Assembly (NCBI GenBank): GCA_965644295.1
Contig: CBFFRP010000099.1
Coordinates: forward strand, 1 to 16,254
Direction: 5' to 3'
DNA from: Paraphysomonas bandaiensis
Taxonomy: Eukaryota; Protista; Chrysophyceae
DNA length: 16,254 nucleotides
In this document: one piece after another, positions 1 through 8,942 of the stretch
Position numbering within the stretch: the stretch's first letter is position 1
How the letters are laid out: each line of letters starts with the position of its first letter
Translations under genes and position numbers: made by a program
Notes under the pieces: generated by a model
What the model was told of the DNA's origin: nothing
Seen by the model: the letters and a program-made list of their open reading frames with translations, nothing else
The model's database searches: none

Positions 1-520
1 CAACACAGCATATATGGCTTGATACTCACTTTGCATCGATGATGTCGTAACTACGACTTGTAACATGGACTGCCAAAAAAGCGGCCCATCTACAGCGAAC
101 ACAATATGTATCCCGTAGTGGATTGACGAGACACTACGTCTCCAGCCCAATCTGCATCAGTGAAAGTATGAATATCCAACGTGCATCAAAAATATCCTTT
201 CTTGAGAGTGGCTTTGCAGCATGACGAGACAGCCTACAGTATAAGAATGTCAGAGCGTGTAGTAATGGATAGATGCAACATAGCACCAGTAAAATACGGC
301 TTGATTAGTTTATACTCAATCGTGCACATCGGAGGGAAGCTTCTCTTCAATGAGTTATAGATTTCGAGGCATCTGTTGGTAGAGGGATCTTCTGTTTTAA
401 TTAGTTGGAACAAGGAACTCCCCATATTTCGTCAGGGTCTTCTCTGCTGCATACGTACACTGTAGACTGATCTAGTTGGATAAAGTTATTGGTCCTGGTA
501 AACTTAAATGCTTAGGAAAA
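1..520 (-). pseudogene. Degenerate Ty1/copia pol fragment (RT C-terminus + RNase H) of a family different from the element at 733-7269
   Basis: Manual minus-strand translation gives GAMLHLSITTRSDI (copia GSLxYLxxxTRPDI), then FTDADWAGDVVSRQSTTGYI and, after a frameshift, GPLFWQSMLQVVVTTSSMQSEYQA (copia RNase H DADWAG...RxSTTGY...W.S..Q..V..SS..SEY). It contains stops and frameshifts, runs off the window start, and its right boundary is approximate. Confidence 0.85.
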
Positions 521-732
521 ATGACCTAACTCTCCTATATCTGACATATCGAATCTGTCACATAATCGTTTTTTATCTCTGTCAGAATGTTATGATCACC
601 ACATATTATGCCATATCTAGATATCAAATATCATCGAACAATATATACAGTTAGATAGGAATATTCTCTGGACAGCAGGACATGTCCGTAGACATGAGCC
701 ATGCTACATGGAAAAAAAGGGTTCTAACTATA

Positions 733-1127
733 TGTTGTAAGGCAATAACAAGCCACAAGTTGATAGTAATGATAGTGTTATTAACTTGTTTTATCAGAGG
801 TTATCTGTGATAATAATGACTAGCATTCTAATCTATCTTCTATCACAGACTACACCTACAGCTCACACCTTGGGCATATATATGCCCTTACTCTATACCA
901 ACAATCCACTGTACATATTGGACTGTACATATCCTACATAGTATTGTCATCATACACCGTATAATGGTATACCGTTACTCTACTGTATACTGTAGCTGGC
1001 TGTCTTCACTACAATGTATATATCCTGTATACCAGGCACCCACTGTATAGTGCAGTATACTGCTGTATACTACCAAGCCAAGCTCACAATCCAACGACAG
1101 TCAATGTCCTATACGGGGATGACAACA
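733..1127 (-). repeat. 3' LTR of family A copy 1 (395 bp)
   Basis: tgttg...caaca termini. By manual alignment it differs from 6878-7269 only by one substitution (agccac/agcaac) and a 3-bp indel (ccaacaatcc/ccaatcc). Confidence 0.97.
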
Positions 1128-1140
1128 CACCCTCCTATGT
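1128..1140 (-). other. Polypurine tract (PPT)
   Basis: Minus strand ACATAGGAGGGTG immediately precedes the 3' LTR start TGTTG; the same sequence is conserved at 15776-15788 in copy 2. Confidence 0.8.
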
Positions 1141-1254
1141 TCAGTCCAATGCCTGATCTGCTTATCGTCCATAAGATTATGAACCTATAAATAAATATTA
1201 AATACCGTGACATCAATCGGCTATTGCTCGACTGAGTCACAACCCCCCTCTTAA

Positions 1255-1705
1255 TGCTCTGTGTCATAGGCTTTAACATCCCAAATGAAACGCAGGCCTT
1301 TGCCTATAGACAACATAAAATGCTCTGTGTCACAGGCTTTAACATCCCAAATGAAACGCAGGCAATTGTCTATAGGCAGAATAAAATAATGCTCTGTGTC
1401 ATAGGCTTTAACATCCCAAATGAAACGCAGGCCTTTGCCTATAGACAACATAAAGTGCTCTGTGTCATAGGCTTTAACATCCCAAATGAAACGCAGGCAA
1501 TTGTCTATAGGCAGAATAAAATAATGCGCTGTGTCATAGGCTTTAACATCCCAAATGAAACGCAGGCCTTTGCCTATAGACAACATAAAGTGCTCTGTGT
1601 CATAGGCTTTAACATCCCAAATGAAACGCAGGCAATTGTCTATAGGCAGAATAAAATAATGCTCTGTGTCATAGGCTTTAACATCCCAAATGAAACGCAG
1701 GCAAT
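1255..1705. repeat. Tandem array of alternating 66- and 69-bp units (135-bp dimer, ~3.3 copies) in the retrotransposon 3' UTR
   Basis: The 43-bp core tgctctgtgtcataggctttaacatcccaaatgaaacgcaggc starts at 1255, 1321, 1390, 1456, 1525, 1591 and 1660. It is followed alternately by ctttgcctatagacaacataaa(a/g) and aattgtctataggcagaataaaataa. Confidence 0.97.
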
Positions 1706-1839
1706 ATTGTCCGAAGACAAGAAGATAACGAGAATACTCGTTGATTCAGAATCTGAATAACACCATAATTAGTTATATAATATCACGAAATACTCAACAC
1801 ATCATGCATATATTATAAATTTTAATTTCTCTTCCCTGT

Positions 1840-4800
1840 TTACTCCTTCATTCCAAGCAACAACGGCCGAAGGCGATGAAAATCAACAGGACCCAAAGGT
1901 TTAGTCAGAATATCAGCAACATTTGATTCTGATGGCACGTGTTGAAACCTTATCACTCCTTCACGCACCTGCTCAATTAAAAAGTTTACTCTTGTAATAT
2001 AATGCTTGACCCTCTTATGATTTCCACTAAAATCCTCAGCCAGAGTAATCATCGACGCATTATCCGCAAAAATTAGAGTGGGTTCCAACTGCTCAAAACC
2101 CAATTCCGCTAGCAATTGTCTAAACCATATAATCTCTTTTGTAGCCTCGACTGCTGCAGAATTCTCACTCTCAGTAGACGACAGCGTCACATTCGTTTGC
2201 TTTGTCGACCTAGAGTAAAACATCCCTGCAAAATCTCCCAATGAGAAGCAGTATCCCGTTTGGGATCGAGAATCTGGGTGCGATGCATACGTAGCGTCAA
2301 CAAAACAAAACAAACGCGTCGCCGCTGCTGCATCAGCTTTAGCTGTTCTGTGAAAACATATGCCCATTTCTCGTGTTCCCCCCAGGTAACTTACAACACG
2401 AAGCAGAGCCTGAAAATCCTTCTCCGTACACCACTGAGCACGTGTAGCCAGTCGATTCACCGCATACGCAATGTCTGGTCGAGTTTTAATAATAAACAAT
2501 AACTTCCCTAGCAACCTCATATACCGAGTATAATCACAGCGCGGTGAATCATCCTGATCCTCATCCGAAAATTTTGACGACATAGGCACATTTGCATATT
2601 TCAGCTTCTGAAGTCCATACTCCTTCACCAGCTCATCAATCTGTTTAGGTTGCGTCAGACACATAGTTCCATCCGGCAAATGTTCAATGTGAATTCCCAG
2701 GAAAGTCTCAAGAGATTCTGATACCTTCAACGCATATCTCACCCTTAGCGTCCGCAACAGATCATCAATTAACTCCTGATCCGTACTTGCCACTGCAAAA
2801 TCATCCACATGCACCACCATCATAATTAACTTCGAACCCCTTCGTTTATAGAACATACACGGATCCGCTGCCGTTCGAGTATATCCATACCGCAGTAAAA
2901 ACCCTGATACATCATTATAAAATGCTGAAGGACTCTCCGGCAGTCCATATAACGTCTTTTTTAGTTTCCAAAACACTGAAGTATTATCTGTAATTTGAGA
3001 TGGAAGCTGAATATACACTGGCTCAGACATCTCTGGATACAGAAACGCCCCTTTTATGTCGATACCGACGACAATTAAACTAAACATAATAGCTATAGCA
3101 AACAAGAGTTTCAACGACTTTTCATGCGACGTTGGAGCAAATAAACTCTGGAATACACCTTGAATCCAATTTCCGATAACAACCAATCGTGCTTTTGCTT
3201 CCTGCATATTTCCCATAGCATCCTCTTTCTTATGCAAAACAAACTTCGTCGGATAAGTCGGAGCCCCATGAGGAATATCGTCCGCCAATACTTGCTCTCC
3301 AGTTTCTCTCTCTGCTAAAGTTGACAATTCCTTTTCACATGCTGGTTTCCACACCTTATCCCACTCTGGACCGTTAATAGCCTCATTCAATGTCGGATCC
3401 CTCGAGCTATCTCTCGGCTTTCGTTGTGCAGTCGTCACTACCGGTGTATATCGCTGAACAGGCTGTCTCTCTCCACGTAGCCGCTTAGCCACACACAACT
3501 CATCCAAATTTGAGTCGTGTAACACAACATGCTCTGCATCCTTTCGTGGTCTTCCACATTTGCGATACACCTCCTTACCCGTACATAATTCAGGAGAAAC
3601 ACATGTCGAAGGTTGCTCCGCTGGCTTTTTCGCAAGTACTCCATCGTAGTCCAGTAATACATTATCCCCTGCTGTACTAGACCAACCCAAACGCTCTTCC
3701 ACACCCTCCTGATCGTGTCTGTCCGTCCTCTCCTGAACACCCTCCTGAACTCCTGAAACTTTATCACTACAAATCGCTTCCATACTGTCAAGGTCTTTAG
3801 CCAAAATAGCATCATCGTCCAACATTTCATGACTAGGATGCCATGGTGCCGCACACAACTCAACATAGTCCTGAGATGCCGCTTTTATTGACGGAAAATT
3901 TATTGTACCATCCTCAGAAATCGTAGGATTCATTTCTTGGATCTCCTTCATGGATCTCACTCTATCCTCTAGTCCCAACTTTACCGCTCGCACATCTCTA
4001 CGCACATAAAAGTTTCTACTCCCCCGAGCTGGTATATACACCAATGTTGCTCCATTCGCACAACATGTTGATCCTACGGCGAATCCATACTCAGCATGCG
4101 GTGCAAAAGTAAATTTAGACTGCTGTTGACGTAATACCACTGACACCACTGGCTGTCCCCAATAAAACTTAAACCACCTCATAATATCCGGATGCTTACC
4201 AGTTACCCAATAATACGGAGAATATTCTCCACTCAACTTATTAGGACAACAATTTGACGCCATGAGAAACGCAAGAAGTGCAGTCGGCCACATCTTATTT
4301 CCCAAATGAAACTGATGTACAAGAACCGCCGCCACTCCTTTTTCTACTGTCTGCATTGATCTCTCCGCTGGATCTTGAAACTGTGCTTCCGGGGCTGCCG
4401 GCTCTACTACAATTCCTAGTTCATTTAAATTCAATCTCAAAGTCTCTGCCTTTTCCACAATACCCGCATCTAGACGAAGTACTCTAACTTCATGACCATA
4501 ACCCTTTAAAAATGCACGTATTGACACCACTGCTGCCAGCAAAGATCCTGAAGTATGTTCCTTGACCAAGGATGCCCATTTATATCCTTTCGTCGTTTCA
4601 ACACACATATAAAAACCAATCCAACCACCAATACCCACAGGATTCACAGGTTTGAAATCCATAGCAATTGTATGACCCACTGCCACAGGATGAATTCCCG
4701 AACCAAACCGGCGAGATAAACGATTAGTTTTCCCCATTAAACACGCCAAACAATCCTGATGCAAATACACCTGTTCTATCACCGAAGGATTTACCTTTAC

Positions 4801-5001
4801 ACCCGGCCACGCTCCATTCTTGATTGCCTTTACCATCACTGCTGACGGGGCCGCATGATGAAGTCGAGTGTGTAGTTGAACAACTTCATCAATTTCACCT
4901 CGTCGCACACCACGACGATGAACAGCTGTAATCACGCCTATATCCACTATATCTGAAAGAGGCTCCAGGAAATCCACAGAAAAATTTCCTTTGCCAGCCC
5001 C
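1840..5001 (-). CDS. pol: Copia pol: integrase, reverse transcriptase, RNase H; in frame with the upstream gag-PR ORF across one TGA
   Basis: ORF 1840..4977 stays open to 5001 (GAGKGNFSV...). IN: HTRLHH...CLAC zinc finger and D(IAMDF)-D(RLDAG)-E(PAERS). RT: ARLVVIG, DIKGAFL, KKTLYGL, HVDD. RNase H: FVDATYA, SSTESE, DNAS, ADILTKPL. Confidence 0.95.
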   Translation of the reverse strand, partial: GAGKGNFSVDFLEPLSDIVDIGVITAVHRRGVRRGEIDEVVQLHTRLHHAAPSAVMVKAIKNGAWPGVKVNPSVIEQVYLHQDCLACLMGKTNRLSRRFGSGIHPVAVGHTIAMDFKPVNPVGIGGWIGFYMCVETTKGYKWASLVKEHTSGSLLAAVVSIRAFLKGYGHEVRVLRLDAGIVEKAETLRLNLNELGIVVEPAAPEAQFQDPAERSMQTVEKGVAAVLVHQFHLGNKMWPTALLAFLMASNCCPNKLSGEYSPYYWVTGKHPDIMRWFKFYWGQPVVSVVLRQQQSKFTFAPHAEYGFAVGSTCCANGATLVYIPARGSRNFYVRRDVRAVKLGLEDRVRSMKEIQEMNPTISEDGTINFPSIKAASQDYVELCAAPWHPSHEMLDDDAILAKDLDSMEAICSDKVSGVQEGVQERTDRHDQEGVEERLGWSSTAGDNVLLDYDGVLAKKPAEQPSTCVSPELCTGKEVYRKCGRPRKDAEHVVLHDSNLDELCVAKRLRGERQPVQRYTPVVTTAQRKPRDSSRDPTLNEAINGPEWDKVWKPACEKELSTLAERETGEQVLADDIPHGAPTYPTKFVLHKKEDAMGNMQEAKARLVVIGNWIQGVFQSLFAPTSHEKSLKLLFAIAIMFSLIVVGIDIKGAFLYPEMSEPVYIQLPSQITDNTSVFWKLKKTLYGLPESPSAFYNDVSGFLLRYGYTRTAADPCMFYKRRGSKLIMMVVHVDDFAVASTDQELIDDLLRTLRVRYALKVSESLETFLGIHIEHLPDGTMCLTQPKQIDELVKEYGLQKLKYANVPMSSKFSDEDQDDSPRCDYTRYMRLLGKLLFIIKTRPDIAYAVNRLATRAQWCTEKDFQALLRVVSYLGGTREMGICFHRTAKADAAAATRLFCFVDATYASHPDSRSQTGYCFSLGDFAGMFYSRSTKQTNVTLSSTESENSAAVEATKEIIWFRQLLAELGFEQLEPTLIFADNASMITLAEDFSGNHKRVKHYITRVNFLIEQVREGVIRFQHVPSESNVADILTKPLGPVDFHRLRPLLLGMKE

Positions 5002-6843
5002 TCATACATTTCCATCATCACCTATCCGGCCTTCCGGAATGTCCCATTCACCCTCAATTAACGTCCTAATATCAACATAATATAGCTGATGCACCTTATG
5101 CAATGGTTGTCGAACAACTAAATTACCATCCTGATCCCAGCAGAAGCATTCCAAACTCTTACTCAATAGTACATCAAAACCCTTCAAATTCAACGCTGGA
5201 ACACTTAAAATAGTATTACTGCAGGATTCTACAATTGCCACTTTGCCAAGAATTCCTTTAAATATCACATAAAATTTTGACATTGTCGAAGTCTTATTTC
5301 CAAACGTCACTGAAATTGGAACATCCCACTTATATACTTTCATTTTCAACACCGCAGCAACAATTGGAGGAGTAGTACTGATATTTGCACCTGAATCCAC
5401 TAGAGCCATACATGCTTCTTTCCATTTATTACTTTGTCCATCATGATCATTTTCAACACATTTCTGAATAACGTTCTGTTGATACTCGACTTGATCACCA
5501 TCACCGTGTTGATCATCTTCATAACAATCACAATTACTCTCTAGATAATCATCCCATTGATCAGGAGTATATTCCAGAAACTCATTTGCAACTGCACCCA
5601 TGTCACCAGTAGTAGACACAGCTGAAACTTTCCTTTGTTGTACCGGTTGCTGGAACGACTGTCCTGACTTCTTCTCACGATTCCATACTCGAGTTCCACT
5701 CTTGGCAGCCACTGTGCGGTCATCCCATCGTACACGTTTAGTTCCTTGAGCCGGTACTACAACAGACTTCTGCGTTTGATGAGTACGAGAAACCACTGGA
5801 CACTCATAAAAATTATGATATGTAGAATCCCTCTTCGAAGGCCACCATCTTCGACACTTATAACAATGAGTCGCTGAACATTCATTGAGCGCATGAAAAT
5901 TTGAACAATTTTTACACTTAATTTGAGAAGACTCCGAAATACGCGTCTGAGTTTGAGCCACAAGTGACTCACATATTCCAACCTCAGTCAATGAATTCAC
6001 AGAACTCCTCCGGGGGGGGGCACCTGACGCACCAGGAAAAACGTACGCAGGAGGATTATTTTTCCCTGCCTTTTGTTGCATAGAGTTCGACAGCAACGAT
6101 GACGAATCCACAGAATTTGAACCGAGCTGTAATAAGGAATCAGTGTCGGAATCCGAACATCTATCTTGTAACTGAATAACTCTATTCACTTCATCACACG
6201 CCAACGCATACGGCATCTCCTCATTCTTATCAATATCAATAATCACGGTGGAAAACATAGTACCCCGCAATTTCTCAAATAACTTACTCTTAAGTTGACT
6301 ATCGGATAATGGTTTACCCATTTTCCTGAGAATCTTATTCAGCAAACTTAAAGAAGACATAGCATGCTTTGCAGATGGACCATCTTTTGCCTTTGGGATC
6401 CTATTTATATCTTCTAATATTTCTGATACAGCTTGTTCTGAGGTAGTCCCAAAAGCTTTTCTCATTTCCACACGACATCTCTGTAATTTTTTACGATCAT
6501 TTATATCATTGTCCTGTAGAATTTCATCCAATCTAGAAATTGGATTCTGCCCCAATCTTTCTATATACAAATCAAGTGCCTTTGTACACTTATCATCGTA
6601 CTCTGCCATACTCTTCTGATAATCAGAGATAACCCTTAATTCTACAAATGAAAGCTGTTCTCCATTTGCTGCACGCTCTAAAATATCCACAGGAGCAAAC
6701 GGCTCTTTACGCTTGTCTTCCATCACCCATATCAAACAAGCCCTCTTCAATTCTCGCTCCACGGCCTCCTCAAAAGCAAAATAGTATTTCTTAACTCCAT
6801 CATAACGCTGATGCTCATCATATCCATACTGATTAATCGACAT
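5002..6843 (-). CDS. gag: Copia gag + aspartic protease (613 aa)
   Basis: ATG lies 34 nt inside the 5' LTR end. The ORF has a capsid-like helical region, Cys/His knuckles CKNCSNFHALNEC and CYKC-x12-H-x4-C, the protease motif LVDSGA, and a pre-integrase-like QLYYVD segment. Confidence 0.92.
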   Translation of the reverse strand: MSINQYGYDEHQRYDGVKKYYFAFEEAVERELKRACLIWVMEDKRKEPFAPVDILERAANGEQLSFVELRVISDYQKSMAEYDDKCTKALDLYIERLGQNPISRLDEILQDNDINDRKKLQRCRVEMRKAFGTTSEQAVSEILEDINRIPKAKDGPSAKHAMSSLSLLNKILRKMGKPLSDSQLKSKLFEKLRGTMFSTVIIDIDKNEEMPYALACDEVNRVIQLQDRCSDSDTDSLLQLGSNSVDSSSLLSNSMQQKAGKNNPPAYVFPGASGAPPRRSSVNSLTEVGICESLVAQTQTRISESSQIKCKNCSNFHALNECSATHCYKCRRWWPSKRDSTYHNFYECPVVSRTHQTQKSVVVPAQGTKRVRWDDRTVAAKSGTRVWNREKKSGQSFQQPVQQRKVSAVSTTGDMGAVANEFLEYTPDQWDDYLESNCDCYEDDQHGDGDQVEYQQNVIQKCVENDHDGQSNKWKEACMALVDSGANISTTPPIVAAVLKMKVYKWDVPISVTFGNKTSTMSKFYVIFKGILGKVAIVESCSNTILSVPALNLKGFDVLLSKSLECFCWDQDGNLVVRQPLHKVHQLYYVDIRTLIEGEWDIPEGRIGDDGNV

Positions 6844-6867
6844 TATTTCAGATAACTTACTCTCGAG

Positions 6868-6877
6868 AACAAGTTAA
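6868..6877 (-). other. Primer-binding position, non-canonical (no TGG); complementary to the element's own LTR
   Basis: Minus strand TTAACTTGTT directly follows the LTR end CAACA and is the exact reverse complement of the minus-strand LTR segment at 6926-6935. Confidence 0.65.
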
Positions 6878-7269
6878 TGTTGTAAGGCAATAACAAGCAA
6901 CAAGTTGATAGTAATGATAGTGTTATTAACTTGTTTTATCAGAGGTTATCTGTGATAATAATGACTAGCATTCTAATCTATCTTCTATCACAGACTACAC
7001 CTACAGCTCACACCTTGGGCATATATATGCCCTTACTCTATACCAATCCACTGTACATATTGGACTGTACATATCCTACATAGTATTGTCATCATACACC
7101 GTATAATGGTATACCGTTACTCTACTGTATACTGTAGCTGGCTGTCTTCACTACAATGTATATATCCTGTATACCAGGCACCCACTGTATAGTGCAGTAT
7201 ACTGCTGTATACTACCAAGCCAAGCTCACAATCCAACGACAGTCAATGTCCTATACGGGGATGACAACA
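6878..7269 (-). repeat. 5' LTR of family A copy 1 (392 bp)
   Basis: Direct repeat of 733-1127, upstream of gag on the minus strand. Contains the 16-bp TATA-like palindrome gggcatatatatgccc (7017-7032). Confidence 0.97.
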
Positions 7270-7566
7270 CTAGAGGTGAATCAAGACTGCTGTTTTCAGC
7301 ACTTTACCTGATATACCCCCGTTGTATACAACACAACAAACAACAAGAAAGTAAAAGTAAAGTTTGTAATAAGTTGTGGGAATTTTGGAATTCGCTGTGA
7401 AAGATACTTTCTACGGAGTGGTATACCGGTAGGTATACCAGTGGTATAGCTGTTGCGGACATTTTATTTCTTGGTGGGTGCTTCGTATTTGGATGACTTC
7501 CACAACTGACACAAACACGAAAAACCCACCGAAGTGTGTAATTGGAAACCCCAGTTTTTACTGGAT

Positions 7567-7678
7567 TGTGTAATTCTAATTACACAGGAGGAAAACATCA
7601 CCCACACAAACGACTGCGATTTTGAGATTTTTCGAAACAAACAGATCTGTGTAATTCTAATTACACAGGAGTAAACAT
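7567..7678. repeat. Two direct copies of a palindromic motif tgtgtaatt-ct-aattacaca-ggag
   Basis: Copies start at 7567 and 7648; there is an additional half-site gtgtgtaatt at 7534-7543. Confidence 0.85.
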
Positions 7679-8825
7679 ATTTTAAATCTATTTTTGAAGG
7701 CATCTATTCATAAAAGTCGGGTTTTATTTATGTAAGGCGACAGTAACAATGATATATACTTACAGCATATCTTAAGATACATACATATATACGAATAAGT
7801 AGAATAACCTGCAGTAGAAGCGATAGTAAATCCTAGACAAATGGACCCAGCTGCATTACACCTCATAATGCAAGGACAAAACGAAAGGAATGTATTGGAA
7901 GAATGTCCACACTATCCAGAATAGTCAACAATCTTATAGCTATACGACTTGGTTGGCGCAATCGAAACAGATGATGATGTCCTGATGCATACTGGACAAG
8001 CGCATGCATTAAAGATAATTTGAATCCTGGGGAAAAGAGTATTGTGACAATGTCTGTTCAGACAAATCTGCTTTGGTGACATGAGTGTGACTGTCGGCCA
8101 TGAACTATATCTGTTACCCTTGACCACCGAAGGTTGCTCTTTCATGTAAAATTTTTACTGCTATAGAGGAATAAGTGAGCACAACAGGAAAACATCATCT
8201 CCACATGTGGAAGTGACATTGGTAGACTCGGTTTGTTGACGTCAGGTGTGTACAATACCTGTATATGATATTTGATACTCACATCTGTTGCCAGATAGCT
8301 CAAGGAGAAATACAGTTCAGTAGATTTAATTCCTCTGATATTTTACAAGCTAAGTATGTTCGAAACTGAAGCTAGGGAATAATATACTATATATATATAC
8401 TGAAGGTAGCTCACTATATATTGCCGTATATTGCCATCAATATAGCCCAGGTAATGACTTCATCATGACATTGATATGCATGCAAGACATCTACATATAT
8501 ATATGATAATAGTAATCAAGCACTCGCTATAGAAATGTCTGGTAACTGGATATAATGAAATGGCAGTGCATCCATCTCCCACACTGTAAAATTATAACGA
8601 TCACGCATGCGTTTAATTTAGCTTGAGTTATACATTACGTATTTCCTTCAGTGCATATTGGGGATTGATTGTATTTGTAAGTACGTATACAAGGTTTCAA
8701 CTACAATGAGAACACTGAATGTATCTTCCCTTATACAGTGATGATGAGTTATTATGATCAACTGTGTTAGACTGATGTGTTTGGTATTGAATATGAATGA
8801 TGTTTATTCCATTGATCACGGAATC

Positions 8826-8941
8826 GTAGGTAGATTTATATAATTATTAATAATAAGATGAAATTTCTTTTCTCTGGAAGTTGCTTGTAGATAGTGTTGT
8901 AGTTGTAGACATATTCATTGTTATTAATTTATATTGATTAT
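8826..8941. repeat. Dispersed repeat, inverted relative to ~14665-14787
   Basis: gtaggtagat...taataagatgaaatttctt..ctctggaa.ttgcttgtagatag...atattcattgtt aligns to the reverse complement of ~14665-14787 (roughly 80% identity by eye). Confidence 0.85.
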
Positions 8942-8942
8942 T

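Larger units (their letters stand above)
733..7269 (-). mobile_element. Full-length Ty1/copia LTR retrotransposon (6537 bp), family A copy 1
   Basis: Two direct LTRs with TGTTG...CAACA ends; internal gag-PR-IN-RT-RH in copia order; PPT next to the left LTR; flanking 5-mers CTATA (728-732) and CTAGA (7270-7274) match 4/5 as a probable TSD. Confidence 0.97.

Noticed and set aside
681-711. Two tiny hairpins (catgtc-cgta-gacatg; ccatg-cta-catgg) as a Helitron end or terminator
   Set aside because: Too short, with no supporting CTRR end or other element features.
1255-1320. Hammerhead or twister ribozyme in the repeat unit
   Set aside because: No CUGANGA core on either strand, and the GAAAC is changed to GATAC in copy 2.
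1255-1705. CRISPR array (constant repeat plus spacer look)
   Set aside because: The 'spacers' are just two alternating, related sequences; there are no cas genes; the array lies inside a eukaryotic retrotransposon.
1251-1760. Repeat-encoded ORFs 1254..1760 (+) and 1251..1586 (-) as an env-like or extra gene
   Set aside because: They are open only because unit lengths are multiples of 3. In copy 2 the equivalent frames contain TAA stops (+ frame in B units, - frame in A units).
5002-5004. Selenocysteine or alternative-code UGA
   Set aside because: It lies in a non-catalytic linker, no SECIS was identified, and TGA serves as the normal stop in the host gene model at 13429-13431.
2260-5981. 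Small ORFs overlapping gag/pol (2260..2502, 3438..3866, 4278..4487, 5541..5735, 5757..5981)
   Set aside because: Alternative-frame or antisense shadows of the long ORFs, with no motifs.
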